A stretch of DNA of 62,999 nucleotides, the filler included. It is 5 parts of 5 records of this genome, joined end to end, with 100 filler letters (N's around TTAATTAATTAA, not from the genome) between each part and the next. Parts side by side here need not be neighbours in the genome. Positions count along the whole stretch, not along the records: positions 1 to 11,661 come from SRR31147125_9867; positions 11,762 to 37,912 come from SRR31147125_9882; 3 more parts are not named here. One strand, written 5' to 3'. Made by a program: the position numbers and the translations under genes. Shown piece by piece: positions 10,932-20,976 of the stretch (its first letter is position 1; the number at the start of each line of letters is the position of its first letter). Under the pieces are notes generated by a model, which saw nothing but the letters and a program-made list of their open reading frames with translations, was not told where the DNA came from and made no database searches.

Positions 10932-11661
10932 GTGAGAACCGTGGGCATTCAAGAGAATATCGGAAGTTTTCACAAACCTGTTGAAAGCTGCTCAATGACA
11001 TTCACTGTTCTTCCAAGCGAGCTGGAGGCCCGCATCGTCGGTTGTCGGATTATCTGTCTGGCTACGACGGAAAGTACCAACATACGGGCCAGGCAGCTTG
11101 CGGAGGAGGGTGCGCCCGAGGGCACGGTGGTTCTGGCTGATTGCCAGACCGGCGGCAAAGGGCGGCGCGGACGTTCCTGGGCTTCGCCGGGCGGAGTCAA
11201 TTTTTATGCATCCGTACTTCTGCGTCCTGCCATTTCTCCCAGCGAATCCTCTCAGCTCACCTTTATTACCTCATTGGCCGCGGTCAAAGCCCTTCGGGAA
11301 AGTTTCAATGTCAAGGCAGAGGTCAAATGGCCCAACGATATACTGTTGAACGGGAGGAAACTGGGTGGGGTTCTGAATGAACTTTGCACCTCTCTGAAAC
11401 AAATCAATTACCTCGTTCTGGGGTTGGGGGTGAATCTCAACATGACCCGGGATCAGTTACCCGCAAGAGAGCTTTTTCCCGCCACTTCCGTTATGCTGGA
11501 AAAAGTGAAGAAGTCTCTCGCACCAGATTCGCCCGAAACTATTTCCGCCAGCTGGATCGACTTTATCTTCAATACCTTGAAAAGGGATTTTCCGGGATAC
11601 GTGAGGAATGGGAATCATATTGTGGAATGATCGGTTGCCGTGTGGAGCTGGATTCTGGGGG
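10932..11661 (+). CDS. birA: Biotin--[acetyl-CoA carboxylase] ligase; frameshift near 11500; truncated by contig end
   Basis: STN, QTGGKGRRGRSWASP, KWPNDILLNGRKLGGVL, GLGVNLN. Confidence 0.9.
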
Positions 11662-11761
11662 NNNNNNNNNNNNNNNNNNNNNNNNNNNNNNNNNNNNNNN
11701 NNNNNTTAATTAATTAANNNNNNNNNNNNNNNNNNNNNNNNNNNNNNNNNNNNNNNNNNNN
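11662..11761. other. Artificial contig linker
   Basis: N44-TTAATTAATTAA-N44, stops in all six frames; composition shifts on either side. Confidence 0.98.
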
Positions 11762-12014
11762 TTTTTGAATATTCTTCATCCTTCTTATCTAAATATTCGT
11801 AATCAGGTTCTTGATCGACCCCTTGTTTTTTACAATAATCTAAAAAATTATATTCAATATAGTCGAGTTCAGATTCTCTAACTACTTTTTGCGTATGCCT
11901 ATCAAAAGTAAGAGCAATTGGATGAAATTCACTGTACTTCGAACTCATTTCCACCATCACCTTATCAAACACATAAGTTCTATTCCCAAAACATATTGAT
12001 GCAACCTTCATCAA
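11762..12014 (-). CDS. Hypothetical protein, N-terminal fragment (continuation of glycan operon)
   Basis: GGAGG RBS upstream; ORF runs into the linker. Confidence 0.55.
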
Positions 12015-12023
12015 GCCTCCATA

Positions 12024-12965
12024 TCAAACAATCCATGAACTCAAATCTCTATTAATCAAACCACTGAGAGATCCAATATCACGCTGAAAATATTTAAATA
12101 AAAAATCCTTTTCTGTACCCGTTATACACTGATCATAACTTGATTTAAACAAAACACGTCTTGCGACATCTGCGATACTTTTAGGCAAATATTTTTTAAA
12201 CGTCTCCTTCAAACCACTTTTAAAGGCAAAATGATTTATAAAACGATATCTAGGCATAATAGACTGAGCATATCGTTTAGAATCATACTTTAACAATGAC
12301 TCATCGACACCCAAAAATGAAAGCAAATCCTTGAGCAAATTCTCTTTATCGCTCTTCAGATCATCATATAAATATATTTTAACATTCTCTCTTGGAAATA
12401 TATCTAAATATCTTTTCACTTGCTCATAATACAATCCGGCCTCAATATAAGGTCGACTTATCCCCCATCCCCTTTTATCTTTAGCCATATTCTTTTTAAC
12501 TTCATCAACAATGGATTTACTTGAAACACGCCCCATCTGTATATCCATTTTATAATTAGAGTACGCCCTATCAACAGGGTCTCTCAGCAACATAACAATT
12601 TTTGCGTCAGGCACGTCATCATATATCAACTGCGCAGCAACCTCAGAAACCAAGTAAGAATTACTTATTTCTCCAACCACGATTTCTGAGTCTACATTCT
12701 TAAATAGTGCTTCATAGTTTTTTCGTTCCCTAACATGAGCAATATGAATCTCTTCATCCATAGGACCGGAAACAAAATTCTCAACATCTTCAAACAAAGT
12801 AGATAAATAATCTTCAGAGAACTCATCAGGATTAAAGTCTTTAGAGTAGTAGTTAGGCTCTTTAATGGGGCTCATATATATCTGTGGATGACTCTTTAAA
12901 TACTTATAAAGAGACGTAGTCCCCGATTTTGCCGCACCAACGATAAAAAAATTAGGTAAAGTCAT
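12024..12965 (-). CDS. PAPS-dependent sulfotransferase
   Basis: 5'-PSB motif PNFFIVGAAKSGTTSL and 3'-PB motif LLRDPVDRAYS. Confidence 0.92.
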   Translation of the reverse strand: MTLPNFFIVGAAKSGTTSLYKYLKSHPQIYMSPIKEPNYYSKDFNPDEFSEDYLSTLFEDVENFVSGPMDEEIHIAHVRERKNYEALFKNVDSEIVVGEISNSYLVSEVAAQLIYDDVPDAKIVMLLRDPVDRAYSNYKMDIQMGRVSSKSIVDEVKKNMAKDKRGWGISRPYIEAGLYYEQVKRYLDIFPRENVKIYLYDDLKSDKENLLKDLLSFLGVDESLLKYDSKRYAQSIMPRYRFINHFAFKSGLKETFKKYLPKSIADVARRVLFKSSYDQCITGTEKDFLFKYFQRDIGSLSGLINRDLSSWIV

Positions 12966-12974
12966 ATCTCACTC

Positions 12975-14159
12975 TTATGATAAATATTTGTCTTTAATAT
13001 ATGTTATAGCTTTTTCGTATTGTCCTTTCATTTCGTCAACCTTTGACAAAATGGAACGCGAAACACTTTCTCTGTTTTCAATTAAATATTTTGAATAATC
13101 AATGACGCCATTCGCGTCAAACTCCCGCAACGAATAATATTTCAAACCCAGCAATTTTGCATAATCGACTATCTTGTCGTTTCGGACCAAGCCTATAGAT
13201 GGCGTTCCACCTATGGAACTTAAAATATTCATATGTAGTCTACTTGAAAGAACAAACGACATCTTTTTCATAAATGTAATCAAATCTGATGGCGTGAACT
13301 GTCTATGAACAAAAAAACACTTTTCATCTACCCCCAAATCCTGCATCATATCGACATCTCCGCCACAAGTTAAACTTGTTGGCACCAAGAAGACATTAGC
13401 GTCATACTCTTCTCTATAATATTTTATAACATTCTTAATCTCACCTAACGGAGTATTCTTCTTAATATCCTTTTCTCCGGAAATAGTTATAGCAATATTT
13501 AAATTATTATCATTATATCTCTCAAGCTGATCCTCACTCAAGTAAGAGGTTAAATCTAAGTTTTCAGTTGGGGTAACAGCCAAAGCAGGGTCATAAGAAA
13601 TTTTGAGTTTTTCACGATCTACTCCAAGATCAACCAAACGCTCTATAACATATTGATCACGAACAAAAATATCTTGAAGCTCATTACAGACACCTTTAAT
13701 AAAGTCCTTAGTCTTAGGATCAACAACACTCGCCATACCCACTCCAAAGAGCACCGTCGGCACACCCTTCTCTAATGCATACATAACTGTTCTTAGTGAA
13801 TACCAAGGACAATCTGACAGAATAGTCGCGCCTCCACATATATATAAGTCCTTATTCAAAAAGAAGTCTCGCTCCTTTTTTAATCTTAGAAAGGCGAAAG
13901 GCTCCCTCTTTGAATATGCATAAAAACCAAAAACAGGCTTCTTATATATAGCACGAATGGGATTCACATAAACCTTGGGAAATCTACTTTGAAGCCAGCT
14001 ATCATCCTCAAGGTTCTCATCGAAAGCCGATGCAGAGACAGAATATTTATCTATATTATAAAATCCATTTAGTATTGATTCTAATATTGCCTCATCACCA
14101 ACATTAGATAATCCATACAAAACACCACCGACGTGAACATTCTTCTTATTATTTCTCAT
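12975..14159 (-). CDS. Polysaccharide pyruvyl transferase family protein
   Basis: NVGDEAIL, GGATIL, VRDQY, SYDPAL, SSRLH motifs (WcaK/CsaB-like). Confidence 0.85.
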   Translation of the reverse strand: MRNNKKNVHVGGVLYGLSNVGDEAILESILNGFYNIDKYSVSASAFDENLEDDSWLQSRFPKVYVNPIRAIYKKPVFGFYAYSKREPFAFLRLKKERDFFLNKDLYICGGATILSDCPWYSLRTVMYALEKGVPTVLFGVGMASVVDPKTKDFIKGVCNELQDIFVRDQYVIERLVDLGVDREKLKISYDPALAVTPTENLDLTSYLSEDQLERYNDNNLNIAITISGEKDIKKNTPLGEIKNVIKYYREEYDANVFLVPTSLTCGGDVDMMQDLGVDEKCFFVHRQFTPSDLITFMKKMSFVLSSRLHMNILSSIGGTPSIGLVRNDKIVDYAKLLGLKYYSLREFDANGVIDYSKYLIENRESVSRSILSKVDEMKGQYEKAITYIKDKYLS

Positions 14160-15337
14160 CTATATTTCACCATAGCCTTTTTAATTAACAACATACCTTT
14201 ACGTCTAACCTTTGAAAAGAATCCCCAATCAAGACAATCTTTATACTCTTCTTCAATGCCACTTAAGGAATTCTCTTTATTAGTTAGTGAGTTTAGCAAC
14301 TTTTTATTAGCCTTCTTCAATTTCTTCTTGTTCAACTTCACAACAAGATGACCTTGAGCTGCTAATAGCTTAGAAGCACTTTCATTTTTAAGACTAACCA
14401 ACCCACCCTTTTGTAAACTTTGGACTAAATTATTGCCCAATTTAGTCCTAGCAACTATTATGGAAACACCTAGAGATGCTTCATCTCCGTAGTCACAATT
14501 CCAATAGTCTCCTAGGGTAATATCAGAATCTCCACTGGCACCAGCCTTACATTCATAACAAATATTTTGCGTTGCCAGCTTTGCATTCAAGACCTTTCCA
14601 AAGATGGATTCTCTGAAGACTTCCCTAAACTCATTTTCTTCCTCTTTTAATAGTATTGAAAAGTTACCCCACCCAGTTTTTTTATCTCTAAAATTAATTT
14701 GTGGATTCACAAATCCTTTATGAGCAATATATCTTTCAGTCAAGAAATTGGAAACAACTCGACCACAAAAAATATCAATATATATTATGTTTTCACGCTC
14801 ACCAAGGGCTTTTCTTAAATTCATTATCTGACAGGGAAGAGCTACTATTAAATATTTTTGATCCTTATTCGATCCTATTTCACCAATGGCCCCCGAATAT
14901 TCAGATGGCATGTATTTAGAGGAAGCAATTGATTTCAAATCATCCAAATTGCTAATTATTTTAAGTTCTGTCTTTCTTAGTTGTTGGTTATAAGTGGTCC
15001 CAATTACTTTGTAACCTTCATTTAGACACCATTGAGATATTGCAGTGGCTAATCCACCCGATGCAGCTTGAGTCCTTAAACCTTGGTTATTATTCCAACC
15101 TGAATAGACACCTACATATTTCCCAAATAAATCAAACATTCTCTGCCTATTCGAAGGCATTGAACACATTCTTAGACACTTTCCACAACTTGTACACTTA
15201 TCTTCGTCTATTTTCGGTCTAAAAAAACCGTATTCATTTAATTCAATTTCAATAGCTTCAAAAGGACATACTCCGGCACAAACACCACAACCGCAGCACT
15301 GCTCATTATCAACAATTTTCAATATGTTTTTTTGCAT
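14156..15337 (-). CDS. FrhB/FdhB-like flavoprotein with N-terminal 2x[4Fe-4S]
   Basis: CCGCGVCAGVCP, CTSCGKCLRMC, ASGGLAT, SSKY, ALPCQI, SDITLGDYW. Confidence 0.88.
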   Translation of the reverse strand: MQKNILKIVDNEQCCGCGVCAGVCPFEAIEIELNEYGFFRPKIDEDKCTSCGKCLRMCSMPSNRQRMFDLFGKYVGVYSGWNNNQGLRTQAASGGLATAISQWCLNEGYKVIGTTYNQQLRKTELKIISNLDDLKSIASSKYMPSEYSGAIGEIGSNKDQKYLIVALPCQIMNLRKALGERENIIYIDIFCGRVVSNFLTERYIAHKGFVNPQINFRDKKTGWGNFSILLKEEENEFREVFRESIFGKVLNAKLATQNICYECKAGASGDSDITLGDYWNCDYGDEASLGVSIIVARTKLGNNLVQSLQKGGLVSLKNESASKLLAAQGHLVVKLNKKKLKKANKKLLNSLTNKENSLSGIEEEYKDCLDWGFFSKVRRKGMLLIKKAMVKYR

Positions 15338-15342
15338 TATCT

Positions 15343-16638
15343 TTAAACTTCTTCAATCAATCCATGTTCCAACATTTTTAGAACAGGTTCATCAAATCTC
15401 CATATTGGTAAATCTGCTCTTTCCGCAATTTCGACTAGAGTATTTTTTCCATCTGCAAAGCCCATCAAGTAGTCCCAAGGAAGACGATCGTTATCATTTG
15501 CAATTTTTGGGAACAAACCATAACCAGTCAAAAAAGGTTCCCCTTCGAATTTATGATTGTAAACATTCGATCTCTCAATCACTTCAACCGCTTCCCATAG
15601 CAATTTAAAACTATCTAAAAGCGATTCCTTTGAAACAAATGACAAATCATCCAGCGAAGTATCATACTCAGGGTATGCCCCTAAATGATATTTTCTTATG
15701 GAACCAATAGGAATTTCCATTCCTAATGAATTATAAGCCTTTTCATTACCCGCTGTCCCAGTCTTAACATCAAACTCTTCATTATTATACGGAACTCCGT
15801 GATGCTTTAATGCGTGCATCATTGCAATATCTGCAACAGTACCACCAAAGCGACTTTTTCTATAATTAAAGGTCTCCGATCTATCAGCTAAATTTACTAA
15901 CGTATAGCCTCCAACAACATTCTTCAACCTATCACGATCAAGGTGAAATAAAGCAATTGGACCCAGCGTCTCCGGAGTTAACAATAATCTATAGGAATAC
16001 TTTCTCTCTTTTTTCATTGAAAGAAGCTTCATTAGGTGAACTGCGATAACAACCCCAGACAAATTATTTCCCAATGAAGGGCAACTAAGGACTGCGTCAA
16101 TCAATATCGTCTTTGAGGATTTACCCGGTAAGAACACTTCACCTACTGTTAAGTCTCCGTCATAAAACTCAGTGTCAATATTCACATCATATTCATCATC
16201 CACTAGTTGCCGTACCTGCTTCTGTGAAAGGCAAAGCCCCCAATTATTTCTATAATAGGCAACGTCCAAGGGCACTGCATTTTCATCAGTACCTCCAACA
16301 TGAGCATGCTCTAACAACTCAGCTTTAGAAACTCTACCTGAGAAAGGCTGACTATATTGACATAGCTGAAACGAATTTTCATGAAAATCGACAATTTTCC
16401 TACCATCAACTGATGACACAAATGCTTCTCTAGCTTTCCACTCTTTAGGTATAGTCCAGCTCCCACACTTACTCCCAGACCTAAATTTTAAAATATTCAA
16501 AGGAAGATGCTTAGAGATTTTATCCAATGAAGCCCTATATCCCTCGCCCATCAACGTTCTATATATCGGAAATAGTTCTTCCAATGACGACCAAAGCTCG
16601 CTCTTCAGTGACTTATCATCAATCATGTTTTCAATCAT
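15343..16638 (-). CDS. DUF4910 domain protein (M28-like fold, PA insert, C-terminal wHTH), degenerate metal site
   Basis: WTIPKEW, NNLSGV, PETLG, YPEYDTSLDD; paralog of the adjacent gene. Confidence 0.8.
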   Translation of the reverse strand: MIENMIDDKSLKSELWSSLEELFPIYRTLMGEGYRASLDKISKHLPLNILKFRSGSKCGSWTIPKEWKAREAFVSSVDGRKIVDFHENSFQLCQYSQPFSGRVSKAELLEHAHVGGTDENAVPLDVAYYRNNWGLCLSQKQVRQLVDDEYDVNIDTEFYDGDLTVGEVFLPGKSSKTILIDAVLSCPSLGNNLSGVVIAVHLMKLLSMKKERKYSYRLLLTPETLGPIALFHLDRDRLKNVVGGYTLVNLADRSETFNYRKSRFGGTVADIAMMHALKHHGVPYNNEEFDVKTGTAGNEKAYNSLGMEIPIGSIRKYHLGAYPEYDTSLDDLSFVSKESLLDSFKLLWEAVEVIERSNVYNHKFEGEPFLTGYGLFPKIANDNDRLPWDYLMGFADGKNTLVEIAERADLPIWRFDEPVLKMLEHGLIEEV

Positions 16639-17953
16639 CAATCTTAGCCTCCTCAATATCAACAAGACCTGCTTTTGCAAACTTATCGACATAAGACTCA
16701 ACACGATCTAAAGACATATTCAACTTAACAGCTATGTCCTTAACTGAAGATTCACCATCAAAAGCTAATATTATCTGTTCGATAGTATCATCAACATTAA
16801 GATCTTCATAAAGATCATACTTGCTAAGAAAAAGATTCGCGGTGTACTTAGGCTTAGGAATAACATTCTTTTCCAAATGCATAAGTGTTTGCCAACAAAC
16901 ATCAACAGCTTCTCTTAAATATTTAAGACTAATGATATCAGGGTTATCATCGCTAGTATGATATTCTGGGTAAGGCCAACGCGAAAGAGATATTGTTGGA
17001 ATATTTATCCCAGGGCCGTTAAAGTTAATTTCATCATTACAGATAACTTTTCTAAAATCACCCACGCCGAACACAGGGACCTTGTCACTCAAAACATCTT
17101 CTGCAATATAATCAATATCCGTATCTCCCTGTTTTGAATATTGAAGTTTGAGATGATTCTTATTTCCCAGCATCTCCAAAATCATTCCATATTTGAAATT
17201 TTTTATCTCATCCTGTCTATTATATAGATAACATACTGAACCTATATTTTCGGGACAAAGAACCAATCTATAAGTGTATCTTCTATGAGACAACTCAGAC
17301 AATCTTTTCATTAGAGCAATCCCAACAGCAACACCCGACAAACCATCATTAACCTGGTTTGGATGACACAAGTGAGAACATAGTATAATCGTTTCAGGAG
17401 AATCCCCTGGGATAACTACCTCACCAACTTCCAGGAAACCATCTTCAAAACTAGTATCAACACACACCTCAAATGGTCCATCCCCCATCTCCTGAACATC
17501 ATTGTAACTTAAGCTAAAACTCCAATTTGGTTTATAGTAATGATATGCATAGGGAATTGCATTAGGCCTATCCACATTAAAACACAAATGCTGCATAAGT
17601 TCTTCTTTAGAAACAACCCCTTTAAACGGAACTGAATATGAAGCTAAATGCAAGGAATTGCTATTATAATCACAAACAACATTACCATTCGACTTTATCC
17701 ACGCCTCATTAACACTCCATTTTTTTGGGACCTTCCATGACCAGACATCCTTCCCTGAAGGTGTTGCAATAGTATCGACAGGGAGATATTCATTTAAATA
17801 CTGTAAAGAATCATGATAGCCATCTGAAACTAGTGTTCGATATTTTTTCCAAAGTTTATTAATAATATCTAGCATCAAATTATCTTCATCCGTGACACTA
17901 CAGTCATTATTTACTATGCCCAAATCAAAACTTGCAGGAAATTGATATTTCAC
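16631..17953 (-). CDS. DUF4910 domain protein with intact metal-ligand pattern
   Basis: WKVPKKW, SHLCHPNQVNDGLSG, PENIGS, DEINFN, YPEYHTSDD. Confidence 0.85.
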   Translation of the reverse strand: MKYQFPASFDLGIVNNDCSVTDEDNLMLDIINKLWKKYRTLVSDGYHDSLQYLNEYLPVDTIATPSGKDVWSWKVPKKWSVNEAWIKSNGNVVCDYNSNSLHLASYSVPFKGVVSKEELMQHLCFNVDRPNAIPYAYHYYKPNWSFSLSYNDVQEMGDGPFEVCVDTSFEDGFLEVGEVVIPGDSPETIILCSHLCHPNQVNDGLSGVAVGIALMKRLSELSHRRYTYRLVLCPENIGSVCYLYNRQDEIKNFKYGMILEMLGNKNHLKLQYSKQGDTDIDYIAEDVLSDKVPVFGVGDFRKVICNDEINFNGPGINIPTISLSRWPYPEYHTSDDNPDIISLKYLREAVDVCWQTLMHLEKNVIPKPKYTANLFLSKYDLYEDLNVDDTIEQIILAFDGESSVKDIAVKLNMSLDRVESYVDKFAKAGLVDIEEAKIDD

Positions 17954-17967
17954 TCTATCCCTCTCTG

Positions 17968-18993
17968 TTATTTTTTTATCCCCGATGCGTCATACTCAGC
18001 GTTAAACATCATGGCTTCTTCGAGAATTTTTAATGGTGTAAAGAATCGCTGACCAAGTTTAATACTTGAAGCAACATCTTTACCAGAATCATCTTTAACA
18101 GACCCAATCAAAATAGCCTTATCCCGCGTTGCCACATGAACTCCATTATCGTTAATTCTATAGACAAGCCCTGCCATAAATGGATGAAATTCACCATCTT
18201 GATCAATGATTTGACAATTTTTCAGATACATTCTTTTTCCATCAATGAATGTTGATGCTCCAACATATGGATCGTCAAAGGCTCTAACAAATTTTTCGAT
18301 TTCGTTCGAAGACCAAGTCCAATCAATATATCCATGTTTCATAGTATACAATCTTGGAAAATAAGAACTGTCATCTTCATTAAGTTCTGACAACTTCATG
18401 TCCAAATCGTTCTGGATATCATCTAAAAATTCTCTAAAAAGATTTAAACCTTCTTCATCAGATACTTTAAAGAAGTCAGCCGGCTTTCTTACCCATTCTG
18501 GGATGTTGTACTCTCTTGTTCTTAATATCTTACCGGAATCAAAGACACCTGGAACCATCTCCTCATTAATAACCTGTATATTCCAAGCCCCTACATTACT
18601 ATCCTTCAATATTTGCCATGTAAAATGAGCTCCACCACGATACTGGGGAAGCCTAATAACCATAAAATCGAAAAGCTTCTCACCAAACAATTCGATTGTT
18701 GATGTATCAAACGTATAAGTTTCGCCCAGACCTATTCCCATAGTTCTAGAATCAACAACTTTAGCAAGATCAGCTGTCTTATTTATATCTGAAACGGAAT
18801 AAAACTCAATCCCTTCAGAAGCAAGGCGATCTTTCATTACAACTTTTTTTTCAAAATCTATAATTTCATCTAAATGTCTCTCTGCAGCAAAGACAATAGG
18901 AATAATATCTCTTTTTCGTGCTTCCAGAGCAAAATCAACCAGCAATGCCCCTCCACCAAAAAAGACTACTTTATCTAATCGACCTATTTTCAT
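17968..18993 (-). CDS. Fmt-fold (formyltransferase-like) protein with C-terminal OB domain, catalytic N/H absent
   Basis: LPQYRGG, DSGKI, GYIDWTW...FVRAFDDPYVGA; the expected NxH is replaced by DFMVI. Confidence 0.75.
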   Translation of the reverse strand: MKIGRLDKVVFFGGGALLVDFALEARKRDIIPIVFAAERHLDEIIDFEKKVVMKDRLASEGIEFYSVSDINKTADLAKVVDSRTMGIGLGETYTFDTSTIELFGEKLFDFMVIRLPQYRGGAHFTWQILKDSNVGAWNIQVINEEMVPGVFDSGKILRTREYNIPEWVRKPADFFKVSDEEGLNLFREFLDDIQNDLDMKLSELNEDDSSYFPRLYTMKHGYIDWTWSSNEIEKFVRAFDDPYVGASTFIDGKRMYLKNCQIIDQDGEFHPFMAGLVYRINDNGVHVATRDKAILIGSVKDDSGKDVASSIKLGQRFFTPLKILEEAMMFNAEYDASGIKK

Positions 18994-19010
18994 TTATTCC
19001 ATACCCCCAT

Positions 19011-19537
19011 CTATAAAGCTGAGTTTAACTTTTCGACCAGTAGCTCATCAACATACTTACCATGTGACATGCGATGTCTTTTTTTCTACCAATTTCCTCA
19101 AAGCCAACCTTTAAAAAAGCCCTATATGACCCTTGATTATTTTCATACATTCCAGCAGTCACTTTATTTAAACCCAATTCCTTAAAGGCATAATCTGTTG
19201 CTAATGAAATGGCTTCAGAACCAAACCCCTTACCCCACGCGCTCTTCTCCCCAATAATAAGACCAATATCGCCATACTTGTGATGAGAGTCTATATCTCC
19301 AATCTTGATATTTCCGATATATTCATTTGTATCATTAATATAGACACCAAAAAGAACATTATTTTCACTATCATTCATATTTCTGGCATATTCTTTCAAA
19401 TCATCCAAAGTGTAGGTTGTCCATCTTGATTCTAAATATTGAGTAATCTCCTTATCGGACATCCACTTAACATAAGATTCATTAACATCATCCTCACACA
19501 AAACCTTTAATGAAATTCTTTCTCCACAAACAGTCAT
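19011..19537 (-). CDS. GNAT (RimJ/PseH-like) N-acetyltransferase; frameshift near 19079-19085
   Basis: YIGNIKI, IGEKSAWGKGFGSEAI, NQGSYRAFLKVGF; one extra A gives the C-terminus RHRMSHGKYVDELLVEKL. Confidence 0.85.
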
Positions 19538-19549
19538 TTTCTCTCCTTC

Positions 19550-20338
19550 TTATGTATGTAATCGAATTGGCACTCCAGCGTTTTTAACCTGAGACCTTAC
19601 CTGCATTAAATTTTCATCCTTAAAACAAAAATAGGTTCCAGCAGAGACAGCATCTGCACCACCCTCAACAAAGCCATCAACAAAATGACTAGCAAGACCG
19701 CAACCACCAGAGACAATCACAGGGATTGACACAGCCGACACAACCTTTTTTATAAGCTCAATATCTAATCCATTCCTAGTGCCATCATTATCGATAGAGG
19801 TCAGGAGGATCTCTCCAGCCCCCTTCTCTTCACACTGCTTGACCCATTCTACCGGATCTTTGTCAGTCTTCATAGATCCGCATTTAGACCACACAAAAGA
19901 TTTACCACCCTCTTTTGCCACATCAACACTCACGACAACACACTGTGAACCAAACATTGAAGCAGCTTCGGATATTATATCTGGATTTTCAATCGCCACA
20001 GTATTAATAGAAACCTTATCAGCCCCATTTAGTAATAATTTCCTAAAGTCATCAAGAGTCCTGACTCCTCCACCAACGGTTAAGGGCATAAACATCTCTT
20101 CAGCTGCTGATTTTACGACATCAAGTAGTAAAAGATTTCTATTATTTAGTGAAGCATCTATATCTACGAACAGGAGTTCATCTGCGGCTTGATCTTGATA
20201 AATTTTGGCCTGAGAAACAGCATCACCTATAACAATATATTCCTTAAAGTTGATAGACGTAACCAAAACCAATTTATTTTGGCTTCCGATTTTTTGTTCT
20301 TTCAACTGAAGTTTTGGAATTATCCGTTTTTTAATCAT
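19550..20338 (-). CDS. HisF-like cyclase subunit of sugar amidotransferase (WbuZ-like)
   Basis: ADELLFVDI, PLTVGGGVR, GADKVSIN, GAGEILLTSIDNDGT; located in a glycan operon. Confidence 0.88.
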   Translation of the reverse strand: MIKKRIIPKLQLKEQKIGSQNKLVLVTSINFKEYIVIGDAVSQAKIYQDQAADELLFVDIDASLNNRNLLLLDVVKSAAEEMFMPLTVGGGVRTLDDFRKLLLNGADKVSINTVAIENPDIISEAASMFGSQCVVVSVDVAKEGGKSFVWSKCGSMKTDKDPVEWVKQCEEKGAGEILLTSIDNDGTRNGLDIELIKKVVSAVSIPVIVSGGCGLASHFVDGFVEGGADAVSAGTYFCFKDENLMQVRSQVKNAGVPIRLHT

Positions 20339-20344
20339 ATTAAA

Positions 20345-20971
20345 TTATGGTTCCCAACTCATAAAATTTTCTAGAATTTTCATTCCGTAATCCTGGCTCT
20401 TCTCAGGATGAAATTGCAAAGCAATGATATTATCCTTTTGAACTGCCGCGGTCACATCATCTTCATATTCACAGACAGCCAAAACATCTTCCTGGTTCTT
20501 ACAGTTCATCCAATATGAATGAACAAAGTAAAAGTCGGCTTTTTCAGGAATACCATTTAATACATCGTGAGTTTTTTTAACCTCAATATCATTCCACCCG
20601 ACATGTGGGACACGCAAGGCTTTATCTTTCGGCTCAAGCTTCTTAACCTCTGAATCAAACCAACCCAAGCCCCCATATTCACCCATTTCATAGCTCTTCT
20701 TCGCCATAACCTGCATTCCAAGACATATCCCTAGAATTGGGCGCCCTTTTCTGAGGACTTGTTCATTTAGAGCTTCAGCAAAACCCTGACTATTTAACCT
20801 TTCAATACAGTCTCGAAAAGCCCCAACGCCAGGAAGAACTATTTTATCTACACCTGCCAGCTGTTCGGCCTGATCACAGATTTCAATATCGGCACCAAGC
20901 ATTTCAAATGCATTACTAACCGATAGTATATTTCCCATGCCATAATCAATTATACCAATCTTCTGATTCAT
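20345..20971 (-). CDS. HisH-like glutamine amidotransferase (WbuY-like)
   Basis: IIDYGMGN, LPGVGAF, GICLGMQ, FYFVHSY, QFHPEKS. Confidence 0.92.
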   Translation of the reverse strand: MNQKIGIIDYGMGNILSVSNAFEMLGADIEICDQAEQLAGVDKIVLPGVGAFRDCIERLNSQGFAEALNEQVLRKGRPILGICLGMQVMAKKSYEMGEYGGLGWFDSEVKKLEPKDKALRVPHVGWNDIEVKKTHDVLNGIPEKADFYFVHSYWMNCKNQEDVLAVCEYEDDVTAAVQKDNIIALQFHPEKSQDYGMKILENFMSWEP

Positions 20972-20976
20972 ATTTA

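Noticed and set aside
11706-11717. TTAATTAATTAA palindrome repeated four times
   Set aside because: Artificial six-frame stop linker inside N runs.
14156-15337. F420 hydrogenase / methanogen marker
   Set aside because: No hydrogenase subunits; this family is common in bacterial polysaccharide loci.
19550-20971. Histidine biosynthesis hisF/hisH
   Set aside because: Adjacent to a WbuX-like amidotransferase in a glycan operon with no other his genes; more likely the ammonia-supply pair.
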